Of a stretch of DNA of 64,000 nt, positions 27,796 through 37,844 are shown piece after piece. Positions within the stretch are counted from its first letter, which is position 1. Every line of letters starts with the position of its first letter. The notes beneath the pieces are model-generated. The model did no database searches and had not been told where the DNA came from. It saw nothing but the letters and a program-made list of their open reading frames with translations. The DNA comes from Dehalococcoidia bacterium. GTDB lineage: Bacteria; Chloroflexota; Dehalococcoidia; Plut-88900. Location of the stretch: positions 1,760,001 to 1,824,000 of the forward strand of contig OZ240215.1 of assembly GCA_965197585.1 (NCBI GenBank). The letters are read 5' to 3'. A program made the position numbers and the translations under genes.

Positions 27796-28624
27796 ACCCT
27801 TCCAGTTCGAATTCTTCATCAAGGGCCTGGTAGCCGCCACCCTTGCCGGAGGCCTGTGCGGCCTGATCGGCGTCTACATCGTCCTCCGCGGCATGGCCTA
27901 CATCGGCCACGGCCTCTCTCATGCCGTATTCGGCGGCGCCGTAGTCAGTTACGTTATGTCTATCAACTTCTTCGTCGGGGCCAGCATCTGGGGGTTCCTC
28001 TCCGCCCTTCTCATCACCCTGACCACCCGCAAGAGGGTGATAGGCGCTGACGCTGCTATCGGCATCGTAACCACCGCCAGCTTCGCCCTCGGCGTCGCCA
28101 TCATTAGCACGCAGCGCACCTTCACCCGCAGCTTCGAGGCCGCACTGATCGGCGATATACTCGGCGTCGAACGAGGCGACCTCGTGGCCCTTGTCGCCGT
28201 ATCAATTGGCACGGTCCTCTTGGTACTTCTCGGCTACAAGCTCATCCTTTTCACCACCTTCGACCCCGAGGTAGCCCGCTTCTACGGCGTCCCCACCGCC
28301 TGGGTAGATACCGCCTTCTCCCTGGTCCTCGCCGGCGTCATCGTCGTGTCGATGCAGATTCTCGGCGTCACCATGATCGCCGCTGCCATCGTCATACCTC
28401 CCATCGTCGCCCGGCTAATCACCAACAAGTTCTCCCATATGCTGCTCCTGTCTACCGCCATCGGGACCTTCTGTGGCTTCTTCGGTATCTACATCAGCTA
28501 CTGGGTCGACGTTTCGTCGGGCGCCACCATCGTCCTCTTCGCCGCCGCGCTCTTCCTCTTGGCCATGGCGTGGAACACCTTCTGGCGAAGGTTGCCCTTC
28601 TCTCGTCGCCCCCGCCTTCCTTAA
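27779..28624 (+). CDS. Zn/Mn ABC transporter permease
   Basis: IVLRGMAYIGHGLSHA, DAAIG, TFDPE, SSGATIV; ATG 27779 overlaps the ATPase end. Confidence 0.92.
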   Translation: MPPILEPFQFEFFIKGLVAATLAGGLCGLIGVYIVLRGMAYIGHGLSHAVFGGAVVSYVMSINFFVGASIWGFLSALLITLTTRKRVIGADAAIGIVTTASFALGVAIISTQRTFTRSFEAALIGDILGVERGDLVALVAVSIGTVLLVLLGYKLILFTTFDPEVARFYGVPTAWVDTAFSLVLAGVIVVSMQILGVTMIAAAIVIPPIVARLITNKFSHMLLLSTAIGTFCGFFGIYISYWVDVSSGATIVLFAAALFLLAMAWNTFWRRLPFSRRPRLP

Positions 28625-28808
28625 ATGCAATCCCGACCCCTTTCCTACTGTCATTCCGCGGCCCCGCGAGGAATCTAGGACTTGCCCACTCACACTTCTC
28701 TCCTGCCCCACCCCCCCCACCCGGGTACTGGTCATCCGACTCCTCATGGTGTAACTTGAACTTCACCCGCATAGAGTGCCCAATGGGGCTCAATAACAGG
28801 AGACACCG

Positions 28809-29555
28809 GTGAAGCTAAAGGACAAGGTAGTCATTGTCACGGGAAGCAGCAGGGGCATAGGCAAGGGTCTTGCTATCGGTTTCGCCAAAGAGGGAGCGAA
28901 GGTCGTAGTTATGGCCCGCACCGACGCCCCAGGCCAGAGCAGACTCCCCGGCACCATCCACGAAACCGCAGAACAGATCAGAGCCGCAGGCGGCGAGTGC
29001 CTCCCGATACGCTGTGACCTTACCAGCCCGGAAGACCGTACTGCCCTCATCCACCAGGTCATCGACGCCTATGGCAGGATCGACGTCCTGATAAACAACG
29101 CCGCAATCATCCTCCATACCAGCGTCGCCGACACCAGCGTCAAGCGCTGGGGCCTCATGGCCGAGATCAACGTCCGTGCCCCCATCGAACTCTGCATGTT
29201 GGTCTTGCCCCATATGATGAGGCAGAAGTCAGGCTCCATTATCAACGTCACCTCAGGCGCCGCTCACGATCTTGAAGGCCTTACACTCTACGGTGCTTCC
29301 GATGCCGCCCTTGACCGCTTCACACAGGGCCTCGCCCTCGAAATGAAAGGCCACAACGTCGCCGTCAACGGCCTCGATCCCGGCAGAGTGAAGACCGAGG
29401 GCGCCCTCTTCACCTACCCCGAAGGCACCGACTGGTCCGAATGGAAGGAACCTGCCGCTGTCGTACCTTCCGCCGTCTACCTAGCCGCCCTCCCCGACAC
29501 CTCTTTCACCGGCCGCATAGTCGAGACCGACTTCTTCGGCCAGTCCTGGCCATAG
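28809..29555 (+). CDS. SDR oxidoreductase with atypical catalytic motif
   Basis: TGSSRGIG, NNAA; YGASD where YxxxK is expected. Confidence 0.88.
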   Translation: MKLKDKVVIVTGSSRGIGKGLAIGFAKEGAKVVVMARTDAPGQSRLPGTIHETAEQIRAAGGECLPIRCDLTSPEDRTALIHQVIDAYGRIDVLINNAAIILHTSVADTSVKRWGLMAEINVRAPIELCMLVLPHMMRQKSGSIINVTSGAAHDLEGLTLYGASDAALDRFTQGLALEMKGHNVAVNGLDPGRVKTEGALFTYPEGTDWSEWKEPAAVVPSAVYLAALPDTSFTGRIVETDFFGQSWP

Positions 29556-29571
29556 CCCCGGCTCCAATACC

Positions 29572-30456
29572 ATGCCGTCTCCAACCAGCGTCAGGACTGT
29601 CGTTGTTCCCGCTGCCGGGTGGGGGACTCGCTTCCTCCCCACCACCAAGGCCGTCCCGAAGGAACTCCTCCCACTAATCGATAAGCCGGTCATCCAGTAC
29701 GGCATGGAGGAGGCCGCCGACTCCGGTCTGACGCGCGCAGTACTCGTCACCTCTCCCGGCAAAAATGCCCTTGAGGACTACTTCCGTCCTCGCCCCGCGC
29801 TCAACGACTTCCTCGATTCGAAGGGGAAGTCCGACCTCATCTCCAGCGTTGCCCGCATCACCGACCATCTCGACATCTCTTCAGTCATCCAGTACGAGCA
29901 GTTGGGCCTCGGCCACGCCGTCCTAACCGCTCGCGAGGCCGTGGGCCCCGAGCCTTTCGCCGTCCTCCTCCCCGACGACGTCATCCACTCCCGCACCCCC
30001 GCCCTCCAACAGCTTCTACAAGTCTTCAACTCCCGGCAAGCCTCTGTTCTTGCCGTGCAGAGGATCCCACGAGACCGGATATCAGGTTACGGAGTCATTG
30101 AACAAGAAGAGATAAGCCCCGGCCTCCACAGGGTCAAGGCTCTCGTTGAAAAGCCCCGCCCCGAAGACGCCCCCTCCGACCTCGGCATCGTCGGACGCTA
30201 CATCCTTACATCCACTATCTTTGAAGCCCTGGCGGCGACCAAACCCGGTGCCCTCGGCGAAATCCAACTCACCGACGCCATCGCCATTCTGCTGGAGAGC
30301 GAGCCGGTATACGCCCTTGAATTTAAAGGTGACCGCTACGACGCCGGCAATCCCCTCGGCCTGATCCAGGCCTCGGTTTGCATGGGACTCGCCCACCCGG
30401 ACATCGGCCCCGACTTGCGGGCCTTCCTCGCCCGCCTCGATCTCCCTAGCGGTTAG
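29572..30456 (+). CDS. galU: UTP--glucose-1-phosphate uridylyltransferase
   Basis: [45 protein letters not shown]. Confidence 0.95.
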   Translation: MPSPTSVRTVVVPAAGWGTRFLPTTKAVPKELLPLIDKPVIQYGMEEAADSGLTRAVLVTSPGKNALEDYFRPRPALNDFLDSKGKSDLISSVARITDHLDISSVIQYEQLGLGHAVLTAREAVGPEPFAVLLPDDVIHSRTPALQQLLQVFNSRQASVLAVQRIPRDRISGYGVIEQEEISPGLHRVKALVEKPRPEDAPSDLGIVGRYILTSTIFEALAATKPGALGEIQLTDAIAILLESEPVYALEFKGDRYDAGNPLGLIQASVCMGLAHPDIGPDLRAFLARLDLPSG

Positions 30457-32293
30457 ACCCGTCCTGTTTCCCCACCTTAAGCACCGCCATGAACGCTTCC
30501 TGCGGAATCTCGACGTTCCCCACCCGCTTCATCCGCTTCTTCCCCTCGGCCTGCTTCTGCAGCAGCTTCCTTTTACGTGACACGTCGCCCCCATAGCATT
30601 TCGCTAGAACGTTCTTCCGAAGGGCCTTGATCGTCTCTCGGGCGATCACCCGGTTCCCGATCGCCGCCTGTATAGGCACGTCGAAAAGCTGACGCGGGAT
30701 TATGCCCCTAAGCGAATGTACCAACCCCTTGCCCCTCCGATACGCCTGGTCCGCATGCACTATCAGCGAAAGCGCATCCACCGGTTGCTCGTTCACCAGG
30801 AGGTCCAGTTTAACCAGCGGTGCAGCCACGTACCCAGTTAGCGAATAGTCCATCGATGCGTAGCCCTTAGTCCTCGATTTCAACTGGTCGTAGAACTCCA
30901 GCAGCATCTCGGCCAACGGCATCTGAAACTCCAGCGACACCCGCCCCCGCCCCCCCGACGCCCCATTTCCCTGCCCAGAGTTCAAATACTCCATCTTGGA
31001 ATACTTCCCCCTGTGTTCCTGAACCAACTCCATCACGGTGCCTATGAAGCTGTCCGGCGTTATGATCGTCAGGTTCAGCCAAGGTTCCTCTATCGAATCT
31101 ATATCCCCTCCAGGAGGCAGGTCCGTCGGACTCTCAACCAACTGCAGACCGCCGCTTCTCAAGTTAACCCTGTACTCCACGCTCGGCGACGTAGTGATCA
31201 GGTCTAGGCCGTACTCCCGTTCCAGCCGTTCCTGAACTATGTCCATGTGAAGCAGACCCAGGAAACCGCACCGGAAACCCGGGCCAAGAGCCAGGCTATC
31301 CTCAGGTTCGTAGGACAGCGAGGCGTCGTTCAGTGTCAGCTTGTCCAGCGCGTCCCTTAAGGAAGTGTACTCCCGCGTGTCGACGGGATACAGCCCTGCG
31401 AAAACCATAGGCTTCAGGGGCCGATACCCGGGCAGTGCCTCCGAGGCGGGCGTTCCCGCACTGGTCAGCGTGTCCCCGACTCGGCACCTCCTCACCTCTT
31501 TCAGCCCCGTGGCTATTCCCCCCACCTCCCCGCTGCTTAGGCCGACCACCGCCTTGGGCCAGGGTGTGAACACCGTAAGTTCCTGCCCTTCGAACTCCAC
31601 CCCGTTCGACATCAGCTTCAGATCTTCACCACTCGAAACTTCCCCATCGAACACCCTTACGTACGCGATCACGCCCTTGTAAGAATCGTATTTCGAGTCA
31701 AAGATCAGCGCCCGCAGCTGCCCTGAGCCGTTCCGCCTTGGCGGTGGCACCCTTTCGACAATCGCGTCCAGCACGCCCTTCGTCCCCAGCCCCTCCTTCG
31801 CCGAGACCTGCAGCACTTCGGAGGCCGAGAAGCCGAGCGCATCACACATCTCCTCAATGATCCTCTCCGGCTCTGCGTTTGGCAGGTCTATCTTGTTCAG
31901 TACCGGGATTAGTTCCAAGTCCTGGTCCAACGCCATGTACACGTTCGCCAGCGTCTGTGCCTGTATCCCCTGCGAAGCATCCACCACCAGCACGGCCCCC
32001 TCGCAGGCGCTCAGACTCCGTGACACCTCGTAAGTGAAGTCCACGTGTCCCGGAGTGTCGATCAGGTTCAGCTCGTAGGCATTGCCATCCTCGTATCCGT
32101 ACTGGAGCCGCACCGCCTTTGCCTTGATGGTGATCCCCCGCTCCCGCTCCAGGTCCATGTCATCCAGCAGCTGCTCCTTCATATCCCGCGCCGAGATCGT
32201 GCCCGTGTACTCCAACATGCGGTCCGCCAACGTAGACTTTCCATGGTCTATGTGGGCGATGATGCAGAAGTTACGAATATATTCCAAGTCCAT
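30446..32293 (-). CDS. lepA: Translation elongation factor 4
   Basis: [53 protein letters not shown]. Confidence 0.99.
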   Translation of the reverse strand: MDLEYIRNFCIIAHIDHGKSTLADRMLEYTGTISARDMKEQLLDDMDLERERGITIKAKAVRLQYGYEDGNAYELNLIDTPGHVDFTYEVSRSLSACEGAVLVVDASQGIQAQTLANVYMALDQDLELIPVLNKIDLPNAEPERIIEEMCDALGFSASEVLQVSAKEGLGTKGVLDAIVERVPPPRRNGSGQLRALIFDSKYDSYKGVIAYVRVFDGEVSSGEDLKLMSNGVEFEGQELTVFTPWPKAVVGLSSGEVGGIATGLKEVRRCRVGDTLTSAGTPASEALPGYRPLKPMVFAGLYPVDTREYTSLRDALDKLTLNDASLSYEPEDSLALGPGFRCGFLGLLHMDIVQERLEREYGLDLITTSPSVEYRVNLRSGGLQLVESPTDLPPGGDIDSIEEPWLNLTIITPDSFIGTVMELVQEHRGKYSKMEYLNSGQGNGASGGRGRVSLEFQMPLAEMLLEFYDQLKSRTKGYASMDYSLTGYVAAPLVKLDLLVNEQPVDALSLIVHADQAYRRGKGLVHSLRGIIPRQLFDVPIQAAIGNRVIARETIKALRKNVLAKCYGGDVSRKRKLLQKQAEGKKRMKRVGNVEIPQEAFMAVLKVGKQDGSNR

Positions 32294-32302
32294 GTATCTA
32301 TC

Positions 32303-32686
32303 TTACCTCTGTGCAGACCCGACCGCTTTTAGCCTTACCGCCGGTAGTCTCTTGAAACTCTGGTTGCGCGGGTCCACTTCTATGCCCACCGACTCTAGCG
32401 CCGTAACCCCAAGCAGCGGTTCGGCATCCTGGTCACCGAATATAATAGTAGTTCCTGCAAAATCTCCCATGAACTCTATCTGACCAATCGTGACGTCCAT
32501 GCGTATTTCACTGCCATCGGCCAGTTCGTAAATCCTCTGCCCCTTGGGTTCCAGACCTATGGACTCCAGGCATTGCCGTGGAACAAGGCAGTCGGTCGCG
32601 CCTGTATCTACCAGAAACAAACCCTCCCATGTCCTATCCGGCTCAGCCGGGTTACGAACTACGGCTGTCACGTGCGCTACTCCCAT
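32303..32686 (-). CDS. Clan AA (retroviral-like) aspartic protease
   Basis: FLVDTGA, YELADG, PLLGVTALE. Confidence 0.88.
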   Translation of the reverse strand: MGVAHVTAVVRNPAEPDRTWEGLFLVDTGATDCLVPRQCLESIGLEPKGQRIYELADGSEIRMDVTIGQIEFMGDFAGTTIIFGDQDAEPLLGVTALESVGIEVDPRNQSFKRLPAVRLKAVGSAQR

Positions 32687-32826
32687 GTCAGATCAGTTCT
32701 CCTCAACCCTTGGATTTTCGATCTCCGTGCTTCTACACTCACAATTCAACTGAATATAGTGACGTGTAAACTCTCCCTTACCTCCGTTATAACACATACG
32801 CATTTACTATGAATCCCTGACCCTCC

Positions 32827-33624
32827 CTACGCCCCTCCCGTCACCTCTATCGTCGCCCCCGACACAAAGCTCGCCCCATCCGAGCACAAAAACCCGATAA
32901 CCGACGCTACTTCCTCCGCCCTCCCCACCCTGCCTAGCGGTATCGAGCCCACCATTAGCTCCTTCTCCTCCTCCGAAAGAACCCTGAACCGCTCTGCTAC
33001 CCGTGTCCCTGGCTCTGTCACTATCACACCCGGCATCACTGCATTCACCGTTATCCCCCAGGGACCCAGGTCTTTAGCCAGCTGATTGGTCAGCCCGATG
33101 ATCCCCGCCTTGGCCCCGGCATACGGCAACCTCGCCGCCGACGGCCCTCTCGCCCCAAACGCTCCCTTCGCAGATATCGAAGACAAATTCACTACCCTCC
33201 CGTACCGACGTTCCTTCATCACTGGTGCAGCCGTCCTTGTGCACAGGAACGCGCTCTTCAGGTTTCCGTCCACCACCCTTTCGAAGATTTCATCCGTCAC
33301 ATCTTCTATGTGATCGATCCCGACGTGTCCGCTCCCACCCGCGTTATTCACCAATATATCGAGCCTCCCGAACCGCTCCAGTGTCCGGGCCAACATCTCT
33401 TCCACCTGCTCCGTAGAGGTCACATCCACTTCCATAGTCATTACCCAATCCCCACTTGCGTCCAATTCCGCCATCGACTCCCGCACCTTGTCCCCTTGCA
33501 GATCTACCGCGCACACCCGACACCCACGTCCCAACAGTTCCGCCACCGTAGCCCTCCCGATACCCTGTGCCCCGCCCGTCACGATTGCCACCCTTCCTTC
33601 CATCTCCCTTGGCTTTATTTCCAC
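32827..33624 (-). CDS. SDR oxidoreductase (FabG-like)
   Basis: TGGAQGIG, NNAG, YAGAK, IPLGRVG; true start may be ATG 33603. Confidence 0.9.
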   Translation of the reverse strand: MEIKPREMEGRVAIVTGGAQGIGRATVAELLGRGCRVCAVDLQGDKVRESMAELDASGDWVMTMEVDVTSTEQVEEMLARTLERFGRLDILVNNAGGSGHVGIDHIEDVTDEIFERVVDGNLKSAFLCTRTAAPVMKERRYGRVVNLSSISAKGAFGARGPSAARLPYAGAKAGIIGLTNQLAKDLGPWGITVNAVMPGVIVTEPGTRVAERFRVLSEEEKELMVGSIPLGRVGRAEEVASVIGFLCSDGASFVSGATIEVTGGA

Positions 33625-33696
33625 GGTTGTGTCCCCTCTCTATGCGTCCTGTTTCGGCGAGCCAACTATAATGTAACCCTAGCGAAGGGGGTAGCC

Positions 33697-34497
33697 TTGC
33701 GAGTAGATGTACACACCCACGTCTGGCCCGAGACCATAGCCAAGACCGTAGAACGTCACGCCACCAGCGCTCTCCACTTGGATATGCCCTTCGATAACAC
33801 CGTTCCGGGCCTTAAGTCCCACATGAATGATTCAGGCTGCGACAAGTCCGTTGTCATGGGCATCGCCGAACGCCCCGATCAGGTGGAAGGAGTCAACGAC
33901 TGGCTGATCGGCATCCAAGACCGGTCCATCGTATCCTTCGGGGCCATTCACCCCGCTCTCGAAGACAAGCCCGCCGAGATCCGGCGCATCCGCTCCCGAG
34001 GCCTGAAAGGGATCAAGCTCCACCCTATCCTCAACCGCTTCCACCCCGATGACCCCATCATGTTCCCTCTCTACGAGGAAATCGGAGACTCAATGGTCGT
34101 CGCCATTCACTGCGGCTCTATGCCGCACCTGAAGAACGAACGCCCCGACTTTGCCGCCCCACGCCGCATCGCCAATCTTGCCCGTCAATTCCCCAACCTA
34201 AAGATCATCGCTCTCCATCTTGGCGGCTTCTACATGCTCGACGAGGCCGAAGAGCAACTGGTAGGGCTCCCCAATCTCCTCATTGACACCGCTTGGCCCC
34301 CGACCGTAAAAGAGCTCGCCTCTGACACCCTCATGAATATCGTAAACAACCACGGCGCCGATAAAATCTGCTTCGGCACCGACTTCCCATTCGCCTCTCA
34401 GACCTCAGACACCGAACACCTCTCCTCCCTTCCCCTCTCATCCACCCAGCTCGATATGGTCCTCGGCAACAACGCTGCCGAATTTATCGGCCTCTAA
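33697..34497 (+). CDS. Amidohydrolase family 2 protein
   Basis: DVHTH, KGIKLHP, IHCG, LHLGG, FGTDFP; TTG start after AAGGGGG. Confidence 0.85.
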   Translation: MRVDVHTHVWPETIAKTVERHATSALHLDMPFDNTVPGLKSHMNDSGCDKSVVMGIAERPDQVEGVNDWLIGIQDRSIVSFGAIHPALEDKPAEIRRIRSRGLKGIKLHPILNRFHPDDPIMFPLYEEIGDSMVVAIHCGSMPHLKNERPDFAAPRRIANLARQFPNLKIIALHLGGFYMLDEAEEQLVGLPNLLIDTAWPPTVKELASDTLMNIVNNHGADKICFGTDFPFASQTSDTEHLSSLPLSSTQLDMVLGNNAAEFIGL

Positions 34498-34521
34498 CCA
34501 CAGTCCCTTCTCTGCGAAAGC

Positions 34522-34555
34522 AAGAGGCCCGGCGCCAATTGGCGCCGGGCCTCTT
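34522..34555. terminator. GC-rich hairpin between convergent genes (probable terminator)
   Basis: Perfect 34-bp palindrome AAGAGGCCCGGCGCCAATTGGCGCCGGGCCTCTT; near-identical copy at 36419-36450. Confidence 0.75.
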
Positions 34556-34607
34556 CGAATCTTCTGTTTGTCTTCGTTCCGTCTAGCTTATCCGGTATAC
34601 CGGATTT

Positions 34608-35990
34608 CTAGCTGCCTACGCCCTGCTGGTATTCCAGCCAGAGGTCGGTCCACTCACTGTTCTTTTCACCGCTGTACTGCTCGCTCTCAATGATCGCGTA
34701 CGGCGCATTTGCCGGCGATGTTGGCAGCGCCGGTCGTACCGCGTCGAAGCTCGCATCATCCTGGAAGCCGGCAGCCCTTAGGTTCGTGGGCCCATAGGTG
34801 ATGAACTTGGAAATGTTGGCGTTAATTTCTGGATGCCCTGTCCAGGCTATGAACAGCTGTCCAAGGTCAAACGCCTCGGGGTTGGCGTCTCTCAGGCCTC
34901 TCGCCATCACGAAGGTGCCCGTGCCCACCAGGTGTCCGCACTCCCAGCAGATTGCAAGGGGAGCGTCCTCGACCTGGGCATTGTAGATCCTGCCATTCCA
35001 CGCAGTGCACATGTCGTTGTCGCCGGATATTAGCAGCTGCGGGCAGTCAGATCCCGTGTGCCAGAAGTGGTTGGGAGGGTTGGCTTCCCAGAGCGCCAGC
35101 GCCTCTTGTACGTCCTCATCCGTCGGTGCCCCGAGCCGCGTCCTCCACTCGGTGTTTTCCAGCCTGCTGGAGTCATTGGCTAGTAGAGCCGAGAACCAGC
35201 TGCCTCTGTAGGCATCCCTTACACTTCTCGTTCCAGGGTAGTTCTCTCGGTCGAAGAAAGCGCTCCAGCTGGTGATGCTGCCCTCGTCGTATACATCCGA
35301 GTTGTATGCCAGCACCGTTGACCAGGTGATTCCGCCACCGCCCGCGTACGGGGTGTTAACCGTCTCTAGGTGGTTGCGGTTGTCCACTACGCTTTGGTCC
35401 ATCGCTTCTAGTGCGCCGATCTTGATGTGGTTCCACAGTTCCCGTCCGCCCACGTCCATCACGTGCCACTTGTAGTTGCCCGTGTCCACCATCACCCGGA
35501 TTACTGCGTACTCCATCGGGCTCTCTTCAACGATATCAATCCCGAACTGCTCGCTGAAGGGCACTACGTAAGCCTGCCGTTGGGCAGCCTGGTAGGCGCC
35601 GCCCCAAGACGTGAACACAAAGCTCGCGCCTCGGTACTTCTCAATCTCCGCTTCCAACTCTTCCAGGGTGGCAGGGTTCTCGGGAGTCCACTCAGACCTG
35701 TCCCTCATACCCGTGTCATCCATGGCTTCTGGCGTCGCAGTGGCTTCCGGCATCGCATCATCAGGTTCGTCCGCCATCGCCGTGGGTTCCATCGCGTCAT
35801 CCGGCTCTTCGTCATCCGCCATCGCCGTGGGTTCCGGCATCGCCGTCGGTTCTTCCATTGCTTCCGGCGTCGCGGTGGCGGCTTCGCCACATGCCGCTAG
35901 CACCAATAGTGCTACTAGAAGAATGCCGACAGCAGCGAGTATTCCCCGCTGCTTCGTCAGCCTCTTCCGCCAATACTTTCCGTCTATCAT
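34608..35990 (-). CDS. Extracellular solute-binding lipoprotein (PotD/PotF polyamine-type), paralog 1
   Basis: Lipobox LAAC, EPTAM repeat linker, SWGGAYQAAQR, AWNGR, ITYGPTN. Confidence 0.85.
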   Translation of the reverse strand: MIDGKYWRKRLTKQRGILAAVGILLVALLVLAACGEAATATPEAMEEPTAMPEPTAMADDEEPDDAMEPTAMADEPDDAMPEATATPEAMDDTGMRDRSEWTPENPATLEELEAEIEKYRGASFVFTSWGGAYQAAQRQAYVVPFSEQFGIDIVEESPMEYAVIRVMVDTGNYKWHVMDVGGRELWNHIKIGALEAMDQSVVDNRNHLETVNTPYAGGGGITWSTVLAYNSDVYDEGSITSWSAFFDRENYPGTRSVRDAYRGSWFSALLANDSSRLENTEWRTRLGAPTDEDVQEALALWEANPPNHFWHTGSDCPQLLISGDNDMCTAWNGRIYNAQVEDAPLAICWECGHLVGTGTFVMARGLRDANPEAFDLGQLFIAWTGHPEINANISKFITYGPTNLRAAGFQDDASFDAVRPALPTSPANAPYAIIESEQYSGEKNSEWTDLWLEYQQGVGS

Positions 35991-36260
35991 AGCTGCTCCT
36001 TGACTATTTCTTTGGGCCCAGTTTTTGCTCAGGCCTGATTTGTGGTTGCAGGCCTATCACATAGTTCCGATCCGATATACGAATAGACTCACCTCCAAAT
36101 TTCAGGCAATGCTCTTGGCTTTCTTGTGGAGAATTGCGGTCACCGTTAAAACGCCGACAGTGTTCCAAGTAAGGATGCAGTAAAAGTATAACGTCGCAGA
36201 TGCTCAAAGACCAACTGCGGCGTTAATCAGGTTACCAAACTTATGTGATTATTGAGGGGC

Positions 36261-36288
36261 ATTATATCTGAGCCAAACCCCTTGTCAA
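36261..36288 (-). promoter_or_regulatory. Consensus sigma70 promoter for SBP paralog 1
   Basis: Minus strand TTGACA (36288-36283)-16 nt-TATAAT (36266-36261); homologous TTGACA at 38149-38144 for paralog 2. Confidence 0.75.
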
Positions 36289-36418
36289 GAGCCCCAAATT
36301 CTCCTTGCCTCCGAGCGAATACCGGGCAATCACTGGGAGATCTGCCTATGGCCGTACGCACTCCGTACTGGGTAATGGGCTTACAGCATGCGCGGTTAAA
36401 CGAAGCACCAAGAAAGTC

Positions 36419-36450
36419 AGAGGCCCGGCGCCAAATGGCGCCGGGCCTCT
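36419..36450 (-). terminator. Probable terminator of SBP paralog 2
   Basis: 15-bp stem AGAGGCCCGGCGCCA/TGGCGCCGGGCCTCT, duplicate of 34522-34555. Confidence 0.7.
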
Positions 36451-36503
36451 TCGATTCTTCCCCTTATCTTAGTTCCGTTTAGCTTATCCGGTAGACCGGC
36501 CTC

Positions 36504-37844
36504 TTAGCTATCTACATTCTGCAGGAATCCTAGCCAGAGCTCGGCCCACTGGTCGTTGTATTCGCCCGAATACCTCTCATTCTCGATTACTCCGTACGAT
36601 ACATTGGCTTCAGACAACGGGAGGGCGGGGCGCACCTCGTCAAATTCCGGCTCACTGAGGTACGGAATTGACCTTAGGTTGAGAGGGCCGTAGGAGATGA
36701 ACTTCGACTGCTGTGCATTGATCTGAGGCTGTCCCGTCCATGCAATGAACAGCTCCCCGTTTTCGAACGCCACCGGGTCCGCTTCATCCAGCCCCTTGGC
36801 CATTACGAAAGCTCCGGTCCCGATCAGGTGTCCACACTCCCAGCAGATGGCAAGGGGCGCGTCTTCCTGCTTCTGTGCATCGTAGATCCTGCCGTTCCAC
36901 GCCGTGCAGATATCCACCTCGCCGCTGATCAGCAGCTGCGGGCAGTCCGATCCTGTGTGCCAGAAGTGGTCGGGAGGATTAGCTTCCCAGTAAGCCAGCG
37001 CTTCCTGCACGTCTTCCTCGTTCGGCGCTCCCAGACGCTTCTTGAGTTCGGTATCATCGTACCAGTCTGGATGCAGCACTGAGAGGGCCACAAACCAGCT
37101 TGCCCTGTAGGCGTCTCTGACGCTCCGGCGGCCGGGGAAGTTCTCCCTGTCGAAGTAGTCCGCCCAGGTTGTGATGCTTCCTTCAGGGTAGCTGTCGGTG
37201 TTGTAGGCCAGCACGGTGGACCAGGTGATTCCGCCGCCACCACCATATGTCGGGCCCCCAACGTTCCTTACCGAGTCCACGTGGTTACTAGTGTCGACCA
37301 CGCTCGGGTCCAACTCTGCCAGGCTGCCAACTTTGATCTCTGCCCACAGTGCCCGTCCACCGACGTCCATGACGTTCCACTTGTAGTTCCCGGTCTCTAC
37401 CATGGCACGGATTATCGGGTACTCCATGGGGCTCTCTTCAACCACGTCGATTCCGAACTGCGCCTCGTAAGGTTCAATGTATGCCTGGCGCTGGGCCGAC
37501 TGGTAGGCGCCGCCCCAGGACGTGAACACAAAGCTCTCGCCTCGGTGCTTCTCAATTTCCGCCTCCAGCTCTTCGAACGTGACGGGCTCCTCCTCAGTCC
37601 ACTCTGACCGCGGTCTCAAGCCCGTTTCCGGCATCGCCGTCGGTTCGTCTGGCATCGCTGTCGGCTCATCCACCATCGCCGTCGGTTCCGGCATCGCGGT
37701 CGGTTCTTCCATCGCTTCCGGCGTAGCTGTAGCTGCCTCGCCACACGCCGCCAGAATCATCAGTGTTACCAGAAGAAGGCTTACAACAGCGATAATCCCC
37801 CGCTGCTTAGTCAGCCTCTTCCCCCTATATTTTCTGTCTATCAT
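36504..37844 (-). CDS. Extracellular solute-binding lipoprotein (PotD/PotF polyamine-type), paralog 2
   Basis: Same motifs as 34608-35990, with long identical stretches such as FWHTGSDCPQLLISG and APLAICWECGHL. Confidence 0.85.
   Translation of the reverse strand: MIDRKYRGKRLTKQRGIIAVVSLLLVTLMILAACGEAATATPEAMEEPTAMPEPTAMVDEPTAMPDEPTAMPETGLRPRSEWTEEEPVTFEELEAEIEKHRGESFVFTSWGGAYQSAQRQAYIEPYEAQFGIDVVEESPMEYPIIRAMVETGNYKWNVMDVGGRALWAEIKVGSLAELDPSVVDTSNHVDSVRNVGGPTYGGGGGITWSTVLAYNTDSYPEGSITTWADYFDRENFPGRRSVRDAYRASWFVALSVLHPDWYDDTELKKRLGAPNEEDVQEALAYWEANPPDHFWHTGSDCPQLLISGEVDICTAWNGRIYDAQKQEDAPLAICWECGHLIGTGAFVMAKGLDEADPVAFENGELFIAWTGQPQINAQQSKFISYGPLNLRSIPYLSEPEFDEVRPALPLSEANVSYGVIENERYSGEYNDQWAELWLGFLQNVDS

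Noticed and set aside
570-28676. CRISPR array
   Set aside because: Repeats are dispersed palindromes without regular spacers, and no cas genes are present
33310-33696. Long N-terminal extensions in the ORF track (also at 20958, 27599, 38186, 56050)
   Set aside because: They overlap neighbouring genes, repeats or promoter regions; downstream starts fit the family N-termini better
35720-35880. Short tandem repeats (CATCGCCGT.GGTTC) in the SBP genes
   Set aside because: They encode the EPTAM low-complexity linker; coding repeats, not an array
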